Part shown: positions 55,888 to 63,240 of the stretch, one piece after another
Layout of the letters: each line of letters opens with the position of its first letter
How positions within the stretch are numbered: the first letter of the stretch is position 1
Assembly (NCBI GenBank): GCA_017508105.1
Contig: JAFVZP010000038.1
Location: 1-63,240, forward strand
Direction of reading: 5' to 3'
Length of the DNA stretch: 63,240 nt
Source: Clostridia bacterium
GTDB lineage: Bacteria > Bacillota > Clostridia > Christensenellales > Borkfalkiaceae
Notes under the pieces: generated by a model
The model's input: only the letters and a program-made list of their open reading frames with translations
Told to the model about the DNA's origin: nothing
The model's database searches: none
Translations under genes and position numbers: made by a program

Positions 55888-57228
55888 ATGACCGAAAAGA
55901 CTCAAATCGATTTTTTATGGAAAAAAATAAGCGAAAAGGCGCAAAAACTCATTCCGCAAATGACCTATTCCGCGTACGTGGAGCCCATCGTTCCCGTGGA
56001 CATCGTCAGCCGTAAAATCGTTTTAAGAACGGTCTCCGAAATGGGGGCGGATATTCTCATGAAGAAATACGCCGACCAGCTAAAAGAAGCGGTGGTACAA
56101 TCGGGCGCAGGTCTGAACGGGTTTATGTTCGTGGTTGAAGGCAGCGAGGTGTATACCTTAGAAGCGGCACAAGCCGAGGACGACCATTTTGAGCCCTTGC
56201 CCATCGACAAGCGCTTTACCTTCGATTCCTTCGTGCCCGGCCCCTCGAATAAGTTTGTGTTTGCGGCGGCAAAGGCCGTGGCGGAGAACCCCGGCGTTGC
56301 CTTTAACCCCCTATTCATTTACGGCAGCACGGGCTTGGGTAAGACGCACTTAATGCACGCCATCGCCAATGAAATCCGGGAGAAAAAGCCCTCGCTTAAA
56401 GTATTGTACACTACCTGCGAAAAATTCCTCAACGAAGTTATCGACAACATGGTAACCAAAAACGGCGGACGGGATAAGGACGCGCTCTTCCGCGCGCATT
56501 ACCGCAACGCCGACGTTCTGTTGGTAGACGATATTCAGTTCATCTCCAAAAAAATTGCCGTGCAGGAGGCATTTTTCCATACCTTTAACGAGTTGTTTGC
56601 GCAGAATAAGCAAATTATCATCTCTTCCGACCGTTCCCCTAAGGAAATTGCAGCCTTGGAAGACAGACTGCGCACTCGCTTTGAGGGCGGCTTGACGGCG
56701 GACATTCAACCGCCCGATTTGGAAACAAAAATTGCCATTTTAAAGCGCAAGGCGCTGGAAAAGAAATGCGTACTGCCCGAGGAAGTTCTGGAATTTTTGG
56801 CCAAGGATTCGGGTACGGACGTGAGAACGCTCGAAGGCAGACTGACCAAGCTGCTGTTCGCCAGCAAGCTGCACGAGGAGCCCATTTCCTTAAAGCTTGC
56901 AAGATTGGCGTTGAACGAATCGGTGCCCGAGGAGAGCGAAACCGTAACCCCCGAAGCCATTATCAAGAGCGTTTGCTCGTATTACAAGGTAACCAAAACC
57001 GAGCTTTTGGGCAAGCACAAAAAACAGGAAGTGGTACGGGCAAGACAGATTTGCGCTTACCTGATGTGCGAAATGCTTTCGCTGCCCTTGGTAAACGTGG
57101 GCAAGCTGCTCTCAAGAGACCACGCCACGATCATTCATTCGAGAAATAAGATTGGCGAATATATCAAGGTAAACGACCGCATCGCCAAGGACGTGGACGA
57201 TATTAAAAACATCGTATTAAAACAATAA
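55888..57228 (+). CDS. dnaA: chromosomal replication initiator protein DnaA
   Basis: 446 aa. FTFDSFVPGPSNKFVFAAA, Walker A GSTGLGKTHL, Walker B LLVDDIQF, and the domain IV DNA-binding helix DHATIIHS. Confidence 0.95.
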   Translation: MTEKTQIDFLWKKISEKAQKLIPQMTYSAYVEPIVPVDIVSRKIVLRTVSEMGADILMKKYADQLKEAVVQSGAGLNGFMFVVEGSEVYTLEAAQAEDDHFEPLPIDKRFTFDSFVPGPSNKFVFAAAKAVAENPGVAFNPLFIYGSTGLGKTHLMHAIANEIREKKPSLKVLYTTCEKFLNEVIDNMVTKNGGRDKDALFRAHYRNADVLLVDDIQFISKKIAVQEAFFHTFNELFAQNKQIIISSDRSPKEIAALEDRLRTRFEGGLTADIQPPDLETKIAILKRKALEKKCVLPEEVLEFLAKDSGTDVRTLEGRLTKLLFASKLHEEPISLKLARLALNESVPEESETVTPEAIIKSVCSYYKVTKTELLGKHKKQEVVRARQICAYLMCEMLSLPLVNVGKLLSRDHATIIHSRNKIGEYIKVNDRIAKDVDDIKNIVLKQ

Positions 57229-57240
57229 AAAAATTTTTTA

Positions 57241-57262
57241 GGGGGCGCAAAACGCCCCTTTT
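57241..57262 (+). terminator. rho-independent terminator immediately after dnaA
   Basis: ggggcg-caaaa-cgcccc followed by tttt. It ends 12 nt before the mnmG ATG. Confidence 0.55.
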
Positions 57263-57274
57263 CAGTAGAAATAT

Positions 57275-59152
57275 ATGGAAAACATCGTAAAACAAACTTT
57301 TACAATCGGAAATTACGAAGCCGTGGTGGTTGGCGCCGGTCATGCGGGCTGTGAGGCGGCGCTTGCGCTTGCCCGAACGGGCGTTAAGACCGCCCTATTG
57401 ACCTTGAACCTCGACGCCATCGCCTTCATGCCCTGCAACCCTTCCATCGGCGGTACGGCAAAGGGGCATTTGGTGCGGGAAATCGACGCGCTCGGCGGAG
57501 AAATGGGCCTGAATGCCGATAAAACCGCTCTGCAGCTACGAATGCTCAACGTGGGCAAGGGCGCGGCGGTACAGTCGCTGCGCGCGCAGTCGGATAAGAA
57601 CGCCTATCACACCGAAATGAAGCGCACATTGGAGAAAACCGAAAATTTGCGCATCTTACAGGGCGAGGTCGCCGATATCCTGACCGAAAACGGCGAAGTT
57701 ACGGGCATGGTTACCGCCTTTGGCGGAGTTATTCACTGTAAAAAAATCATTCTCTGTACGGGCACGTATTTAAACTCCGAAACCATTACGGGGGATTTTA
57801 TCCAACAGACCGGGCCCAACGGCTTTCAACGGGCAACCTACCTCACCGACTGTCTGGCGCGGCTGGGGTATAAGGTTACCCGATTTAAGACGGGTACGCC
57901 CGCAAGATTGGACGGCAAGAGCGTGCATTTTGAAAAATGCGACGTGCAGGAGGGCGACACCGACATCTACCCCTTCTCTTTTATGACCGAGCGCCTGCCC
58001 GAAAACAGAGCGGTCTGTCACCTGACGTACACAAATGAAGGCACCCATGCCTTGATTTTAGACAGTTTAGACCGCTCCCCCCTATACAACGGCACCATTA
58101 ATTCCACCGGTCCGAGATACTGCCCGTCCATCGAAACCAAGGTAGTACGTTTTCGGGATAAGGAGCGCCACCAGCTGTTTTTAGAGCCCGAGGGCGCAGA
58201 CACCTCGGAGGTGTACGTGCAGGGGCTCTCCACCTCTATGCCGCACGACGTGCAGGAGAAAATGTACCGCTCGGTGGTGGGCTTGGAGGAATGCGAGTTT
58301 ACCCGTTACGCCTACGCCATTGAGTACGACTGCATTGACACCTTGGACGTGCTGCCCACCTTGGAGTTTAAAAAGGTAAAGGGACTGTATACCGCCGGAC
58401 AAATCAACGGCACGAGCGGATATGAGGAAGCGGCGGCGCAGGGCTTAGTGGCAGGCTTGAACGCATCGCTCGCCTTGCGGGGCAAAAAGCCGCTGGTATT
58501 GCGCCGAGACGAGGCGTATATCGGCGTACTCATCGACGATTTGGTGACCAAGGGCACCAACGAGCCCTACCGCATGATGACGTCCCGTGCCGAGCACCGC
58601 ATCTTTTTACGGCAGGATAACGCCGATTTTCGCTTGACCGAAAAGGGTTATGAGTGCGGCTTGGTGAGTGAGGATCGCTACCAAAAATTTTTAAAGCGCA
58701 AGGCGCAGTACGAGGAAATTTTACAGCGGTTAAACGAGAGAATTTCCCCCAAGGACGCCGACGACTTTGTGGAAAAATACGGCTATGGAAAGCTGACGAC
58801 GGGCATCTCCTACGCGGACATGCTACGGCGCAATATCCCGCTGCGTGACGTGCGGGCGGAGTATGGGATTTTACAGAACTACCCTGCGGATATCTTACAG
58901 TCGGCAGAGGTTGCCGTGCGCTACGAAGGGTATTTAAAGCAGGGCTTGGAGCAGATTGAACGGGCAAAGAAATTAGAGGATAAGCTGTTGCCCGAGGATA
59001 TCTGTTACCTCTCCATCGAGGGCTTACGCTTGGAAGCACGGGAAAAATTAGAGCAAATTCGCCCGTTGAACCTCGGTCAAGCCGGCAGAATTTCGGGCGT
59101 CAGCCCGGCGGATATTTCGGTGCTCATGGTCTACCTCGCTATGAGGAAATAA
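57275..59152 (+). CDS. mnmG: tRNA uridine 5-carboxymethylaminomethyl modification enzyme MnmG (GidA)
   Basis: 625 aa with the FAD-binding VVGAGHAGCEAA, PCNPSIGG and GTSGYEEAAAQG motifs. Confidence 0.95.
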   Translation: MENIVKQTFTIGNYEAVVVGAGHAGCEAALALARTGVKTALLTLNLDAIAFMPCNPSIGGTAKGHLVREIDALGGEMGLNADKTALQLRMLNVGKGAAVQSLRAQSDKNAYHTEMKRTLEKTENLRILQGEVADILTENGEVTGMVTAFGGVIHCKKIILCTGTYLNSETITGDFIQQTGPNGFQRATYLTDCLARLGYKVTRFKTGTPARLDGKSVHFEKCDVQEGDTDIYPFSFMTERLPENRAVCHLTYTNEGTHALILDSLDRSPLYNGTINSTGPRYCPSIETKVVRFRDKERHQLFLEPEGADTSEVYVQGLSTSMPHDVQEKMYRSVVGLEECEFTRYAYAIEYDCIDTLDVLPTLEFKKVKGLYTAGQINGTSGYEEAAAQGLVAGLNASLALRGKKPLVLRRDEAYIGVLIDDLVTKGTNEPYRMMTSRAEHRIFLRQDNADFRLTEKGYECGLVSEDRYQKFLKRKAQYEEILQRLNERISPKDADDFVEKYGYGKLTTGISYADMLRRNIPLRDVRAEYGILQNYPADILQSAEVAVRYEGYLKQGLEQIERAKKLEDKLLPEDICYLSIEGLRLEAREKLEQIRPLNLGQAGRISGVSPADISVLMVYLAMRK

Positions 59153-59358
59153 TGCCAACCCAACTCAATATATAAAATTTAAAAAGGCATTCGCTTGATG
59201 AAATGCACTCAAAATTCCCCACGGAAGTGAAAGAATAAAAGGGTGTGTTTCAAAAAAGAATGCCCTTTTTCTTTTCAGACAAAAAAATATGAGAAAGGAC
59301 AAAACACGACGGCGTTTTTAAACGCATTTAAGGTATAGTACGCCTTGGAGGTGAACGT

Positions 59359-61659
59359 ATGAATACGTTTCAGAAATTGAAACTTAAAGAAAACGACGTG
59401 ATGCTGTACGGAGGACTGTTGTGCGCAATGCTGCTGCTCACGTTCGTGGGAGGGCAGGGCGAGCCGTATGCCTTGCCACTGTTTTACGCCATGCTGACCA
59501 ACGGGCTGAGCCTGCCCGTTGGTTGTTTGTTTTTTCTGTTTGCGGGCGGGGTTACATTTTCGTTGGAGAAAATTATCGTGTATGCCTGCCAGACGCTGTT
59601 TTTGTTTTCGGCATTCTTTATCTTTCGACGGCTGGGGGGAAAGAATAATTACGTATACGCCCTGTTCCTGTTGATGAGTTTGGCTTTTTTTGTATTTTTA
59701 TTCCCCTTGAATACATATCCGATTTTAGGTAGCTTGCCCCCACTTTGGCAAAAATGCCTTGTGGGAATGGGAATATTTTTGCTGGGGCTGTTTTTTCAGT
59801 CGGCAATCAGAATTCTTTTGTTTAAGTTCAACCGATGTCGCTTGAGTCGGGAGGAGCTGTTACATATTGCCATTCTCCTGTGCACAATCGGCATAGGGCT
59901 GTATAATTACGGCGGAGCGCTCGTCTATTTTTCACTTGCTTTGTTTGCGATATTATTATTTTTGGGCGTGGCGAAAAGCACGGGCGCATTGGTGTTCGCC
60001 GTTTTATGCGCCCTACCGCCCGCGCTGGTGCAGATGGATATAACGGTATTGGCGATATATGCGTTATACGCGGGCATGGGTCTATTCTTTTTGCCGTTCG
60101 GGCGCATTGCAAGCGTGTTGAGTGTGTTTGGGGTTTACGCCGTCGAACAGCTTTTAAACGGCATATATACCGCCGACGTAACGGAGATTTTATTGCGAAT
60201 ACTTGCCTGTTTGATGCCGTGCGTGGCGTTTTTATTGCTCCCCTCTGCAACCTTAAAACGCCTGGAACGGCGGTTGGTGTTTTACAAGGACAATCAGTTG
60301 AGCCGTGTGGCAATCAACCGCAACCGCTCGGCGGTGGGAGAGAGGCTATTTGCGCTTTCGGGGGTATTTCGGCAGATAGAGAATACCTTTTCAATGCTGA
60401 CCGAGGCGCACAACGGTGGAGATGCGGGCGCAAAGGAGCATATCCGGGAACAGATAAAAAAACGGCTGTGCGCCGCCTGTCCGCAAGCGGAGAAGTGCAG
60501 AGCAGTGGGCGTGGACGTAGCCATGGAAAAGCTGATAGACGTAGGATGCGCCAAGGGAAAGGTCAATTTAATAGATTTACCCACGCTATTGAGCAGCCAT
60601 TGCGTGAATGCGGGCGGGGTATTATTTTGCTTGAATCAGCAGCTTGCAGAGTACAGAAAGTATATGTTAGAGGCGGAGAATGCGCAGTCTGGCAGGCGGT
60701 TGATGGCGTCGCAGGCGCAGGGAATCAGCGAGCTGTTAAAAAATATCGCCTTGGAGCAGAGCCAAGCCTTGAACGTGTATGACGAGAAGGAAAAACAGCT
60801 GTCTGCCGCGCTTGCAAAGCGGGGCGTGGTGTGTTCGGAAATTTTAATCTACGGCGAGGAAGAAAACATTGCCGTCAACCTCACGGTGTTTGGCAAGTGC
60901 GAAAACGCAAAAATCGTAAAGGCGGCAAGCGAGGTGCTGGGCATGCCTCTATTGACAGGGGAAAAGCTGGTGCTTTCGAGCGATAAATTTTGTTATACCT
61001 TACGGAAAAAACCCAACTTTGACGCTGCGTTTGGCGTGGCGAGCATGAAAAAATACGGCGAAAGCGAGAGCGGGGATACCCATTCGGTCATTCGTATTGA
61101 CGAAAAGCATTTTTTATGCGCACTCTCCGACGGCATGGGCAGCGGACAGAACGCCAGACGCATTTCCGAGAGCGCACTCTCCCTTTTGGAAAGCTTTTAC
61201 CGTGCGGGCATGCCCGGGAGCATCGTGCTTTCTACGGTCAACAAGCTGTTGACGTTCAACCGTGAGGAGAGCTTTGCCTGCATCGACCTTGCGGCGGTGG
61301 ATTTGGACAGCGGACGGGCGGACGTGGTGAAAATAGGCTCCCCCTTAGGCTTTATCTTCTCCGAGGGCGCCATTCGGGTGTTGGAGGGCGAGGGCTTGCC
61401 CATGGGCATGTTAGAGGATTTGCGCCCCACTACGCTCTCCGTACAGCTGCAAGAGAACGACATCCTGGTATTCCTTTCGGACGGCGTGACCGACGCGTTC
61501 GGCTCATCCTCGGATTTGTTCGATTATTTGAAGACGCTCAATCCACTCAATCCGCAGGCGCTTGCCGACGACATCGTCAAGACGGCGGTGCGACGGACAG
61601 GCGGCAGAGCCAAGGACGACATGACTGCCTTAGCCGTGAGAATATTCCAAGCGGCGTAA
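59359..61659 (+). CDS. spoIIE: stage II sporulation protein E (membrane PP2C phosphatase)
   Basis: 766 aa with about 10 N-terminal TM helices, a central regulatory region and a C-terminal PP2C domain (ESGDTHSV...LSDGMGSG...FLSDGVTD...DDMT). Confidence 0.9.
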   Translation: MNTFQKLKLKENDVMLYGGLLCAMLLLTFVGGQGEPYALPLFYAMLTNGLSLPVGCLFFLFAGGVTFSLEKIIVYACQTLFLFSAFFIFRRLGGKNNYVYALFLLMSLAFFVFLFPLNTYPILGSLPPLWQKCLVGMGIFLLGLFFQSAIRILLFKFNRCRLSREELLHIAILLCTIGIGLYNYGGALVYFSLALFAILLFLGVAKSTGALVFAVLCALPPALVQMDITVLAIYALYAGMGLFFLPFGRIASVLSVFGVYAVEQLLNGIYTADVTEILLRILACLMPCVAFLLLPSATLKRLERRLVFYKDNQLSRVAINRNRSAVGERLFALSGVFRQIENTFSMLTEAHNGGDAGAKEHIREQIKKRLCAACPQAEKCRAVGVDVAMEKLIDVGCAKGKVNLIDLPTLLSSHCVNAGGVLFCLNQQLAEYRKYMLEAENAQSGRRLMASQAQGISELLKNIALEQSQALNVYDEKEKQLSAALAKRGVVCSEILIYGEEENIAVNLTVFGKCENAKIVKAASEVLGMPLLTGEKLVLSSDKFCYTLRKKPNFDAAFGVASMKKYGESESGDTHSVIRIDEKHFLCALSDGMGSGQNARRISESALSLLESFYRAGMPGSIVLSTVNKLLTFNREESFACIDLAAVDLDSGRADVVKIGSPLGFIFSEGAIRVLEGEGLPMGMLEDLRPTTLSVQLQENDILVFLSDGVTDAFGSSSDLFDYLKTLNPLNPQALADDIVKTAVRRTGGRAKDDMTALAVRIFQAA

Positions 61660-61660
61660 G

Positions 61661-61695
61661 AAAAACGGAGGCTTTTTAAAAAGTCTCCGTTTTTC
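61661..61695. terminator. bidirectional rho-independent terminator
   Basis: aaaaacggaggcttttt/aaaaagtctccgttttt long hairpin between convergent spoIIE and the isochorismatase-family gene. Confidence 0.6.
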
Positions 61696-61709
61696 TTGTT
61701 TTTCTATAA

Positions 61710-62222
61710 TTAAATAATATCGATTTGGCAGGCTCGCATGGCGTTTAACGCCGTTTCATGGCTGGCTTGGGTTACCCCTGCGCAAGCCTCGGCTTTGATT
61801 AAAACACGCGTTTCGGGGGCGTACGCCTTGATCAACAGGGCGTTGGAAATGACGCAAATATCCGTGCAGACGCCGATGAGCTCCACCTCTTGATAGTCGC
61901 CCTTTTGAACGTAGTCGGCAAGCGCAGTGGAGCCGAATACGGGCTTATCAAAAACTTTAGCGCCGTCAATATATAAATCTTCCACGATTTCCCAACCGAA
62001 CGTGCCCTCAATGCAATGCTCCACGGGCAGACGGCTACCCTCTTGCGTTGAGAGGTAGTCTTGGGCATGGGTATCACGGGTATAGGCAATTTCCCAATTT
62101 TCCTCAAGGCGTTTGGCGATTTCCCGACGCACGAACGGAAGCACGGCAATTGCCTGCTGAGAGCCCAAAGCGCCGGTTATAAAATCGTTTTGCATATCCA
62201 CGACGACGAGTAATTTTTTCAC
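61710..62222 (-). CDS. cysteine hydrolase / isochorismatase family protein (nicotinamidase-like)
   Basis: 170 aa with VVVDMQNDF (catalytic Asp) and GVCTDICV (catalytic Cys). Confidence 0.85.
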   Translation of the reverse strand: MKKLLVVVDMQNDFITGALGSQQAIAVLPFVRREIAKRLEENWEIAYTRDTHAQDYLSTQEGSRLPVEHCIEGTFGWEIVEDLYIDGAKVFDKPVFGSTALADYVQKGDYQEVELIGVCTDICVISNALLIKAYAPETRVLIKAEACAGVTQASHETALNAMRACQIDII

Positions 62223-62755
62223 TTGTTATCTCCGTAGGTTTCTTCGTAGAGGTCGATACACTTGCGAATGATTTTTACCGCCTCTTCACGGTGGCAAATC
62301 TGGTCTACCGTCGTATCCTTATGCTCCAAATTTTTATATACCTTGAAGAAGTGCATCATTTCCTCGAAGATATGCTTGGGCAACTGCCAGATATCCTGAT
62401 AACAGTTATACGTAGGGTCTTGGAAGGGAATGGCGATAATCTTTTCGTCTAAGCTGCCGCTGTCTATCATCTTAATGACCCCGATGGGATAACAGCGCAC
62501 CAAGGTCATGGGATAAATGGATGCGTTGCCTAGCACCAATACGTCCAACGGGTCTCCGTCGTCTGCCAAGGTGCGGGGTAAAAATCCGTAGTTCGCAGGG
62601 TAGACCGTGGAAGTGTAGAGAATTCTATCCAAGCGGAGCATACCCGTTTCCTTATCCAATTCGTATTTCTCTTTGCTGCCACGGGGAATTTCAATGAGCG
62701 CTTCAAAATCCTCTTCGGTAATTCTCGATTTATCAATGTCATGCCAAATATTCAT
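62219..62755 (-). CDS. ppa: inorganic diphosphatase (family I)
   Basis: 178 aa. IEIPRGSKEKYELDK, YPANYGFLPRT and DGDPLDVLVL motifs. Confidence 0.95.
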   Translation of the reverse strand: MNIWHDIDKSRITEEDFEALIEIPRGSKEKYELDKETGMLRLDRILYTSTVYPANYGFLPRTLADDGDPLDVLVLGNASIYPMTLVRCYPIGVIKMIDSGSLDEKIIAIPFQDPTYNCYQDIWQLPKHIFEEMMHFFKVYKNLEHKDTTVDQICHREEAVKIIRKCIDLYEETYGDNK

Positions 62756-62855
62756 ACATTGCGCCTCCTATGGTTTCATTGTAGCACAAAAAAAGCAAAC
62801 TTGCAAGGGGTAAATAAAAATTTATAATTTTTTTTCTTTTTTGCGAAGATATACT

Positions 62856-62884
62856 TTGACAATTTTGATTTTTTATGCTATAGT
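62856..62884 (+). promoter_or_regulatory. sigma-A promoter of tRNA-Ser (TTGACA-N17-TGc-TATAGT)
   Basis: ttgaca 62856-62861, a 17-nt spacer ending in tgc, tatagt 62879-62884. It lies about 36 nt upstream of the tRNA 5' end. Confidence 0.6.
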
Positions 62885-62920
62885 AATATAGCTTTTGAAT
62901 GAAAGCAAACAGGAGCCGTT

Positions 62921-63011
62921 GCAGAAGTACCCAAGAGACTCAAGGGGCTCCCCTGCTAAGGGAGTAGTACTGTTACAGGTAGCGCGAGTTCGAATCTCGC
63001 CTTCTGCGCCA
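62921..63011 (+). tRNA. tRNA-Ser (anticodon GCT), class II with long variable arm, CCA encoded
   Basis: Acceptor GCAGAAG/CTTCTGC, anticodon stem-loop CTCCC-CTGCTAA-GGGAG, T arm GCGAG-TTCGAAT-CTCGC, discriminator G, and CCA. 91 nt. Confidence 0.9.
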
Positions 63012-63048
63012 AAAAAACAACCAAGAATTTTTTCTTGGTTGTTTTTTT
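63012..63048. terminator. bidirectional rho-independent terminator after tRNA-Ser
   Basis: An A7 tract, the stem aacaaccaaga / tcttggttgtt, then ttttt. Confidence 0.65.
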
Positions 63049-63116
63049 GTTGTAGTCGAGTCACTCGAAATCGGGCCCTGCGCGCCGCATAGCGGTTTTT
63101 GGCGAACGCCAAAGCC

Positions 63117-63133
63117 TCGAATCTCGCCTTCTG
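63117..63133 (+). repeat. 17-nt direct duplicate of the tRNA-Ser 3' portion (T loop to acceptor)
   Basis: tcgaatctcgccttctg is identical to 62990-63006 inside the tRNA. It is followed by gttgttttttgtt, which repeats the 3' half of the tRNA terminator. Confidence 0.75.
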
Positions 63134-63178
63134 GTTGTTTTTTGTTTATGGATCATTCGTTTGAATTTATAAATTACC

Positions 63179-63211
63179 AAACGGGCGGCATTGAAAAAAT
63201 ACCGCCCGTTT
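63179..63211. terminator. terminator-like hairpin near the window end
   Basis: aaacgggcgg-N13-ccgcccgttt. Which gene it serves cannot be decided from this window. Confidence 0.35.
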
Positions 63212-63240
63212 ATTTCATTATATTTCGTAAATTTATGAAT

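Noticed and set aside
62873-63112. ORFs 62873-63112(-) and 62895-63092(+).
   Set aside because: Both overlap the tRNA-Ser gene and its terminator, so they are not coding.
62756-63240. Integrated mobile element at tRNA-Ser or tRNA-Ala.
   Set aside because: No integrase, excisionase or phage/ICE genes occur next to either tRNA within the window. The duplicated fragments are only 110-180 nt from the tRNAs, so at most they are scars. This point is recorded under the findings instead.

Overview
This 63.2 kb window is a core chromosomal region of a spore-forming Firmicute of the class Clostridia. Sporulation markers sigK and spoIIE are present. The conserved block ylxM-ffh-rpsP-ylqC ... rimM-trmD-rbgA and the block plsX-rnc-smc-ftsY follow Bacillus-type synteny.

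Almost every gene is a recognisable housekeeping gene:
- DNA repair: mutY, dut, hypoxanthine-DNA glycosylase, AlkD-like, mutS2, uvrC, recF.
- Translation and RNA: lepA, trmB, trmD, rimM, rbgA, rpsP, rpmF, tsaC, mnmG, rnc, tmcAL, rnpB, tRNA-Ala, tRNA-Ser.
- Central metabolism: tkt, pta-ackA, pyk, galE, ppa.
- Protein targeting: ffh, ftsY.
- Replication: dnaA.

Coding orientation is mostly minus up to recF (ending at 55787) and plus from dnaA (starting at 55888). This is the pattern expected around a replication origin.

I found no CRISPR array, transposase, integrase, prophage or recognisable defence or toxin system, and nothing I can defend as a complete novel multi-gene system.

The items most worth a second look:
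1. Structured repeats flank both tRNA genes. They include a 14-nt sequence complementary to the 3' acceptor end of tRNA-Ala, present twice, and 3'-fragment duplications of both tRNAs.
2. smc is split by a 1-nt frameshift at an A5 run.
3. The recF/dnaA divergent junction has no visible DnaA boxes, and dnaN is missing.
4. An AT-rich islet carries a small orphan ORF next to a 414-aa ferritin-like protein of unknown function.
5. A domain-permuted GH3 glycosidase is anchored at both termini.
6. A copA-arsR operon has a consensus promoter embedded in a perfect inverted repeat.

All calls rest on reading the translations and the DNA by eye. No database search was run.
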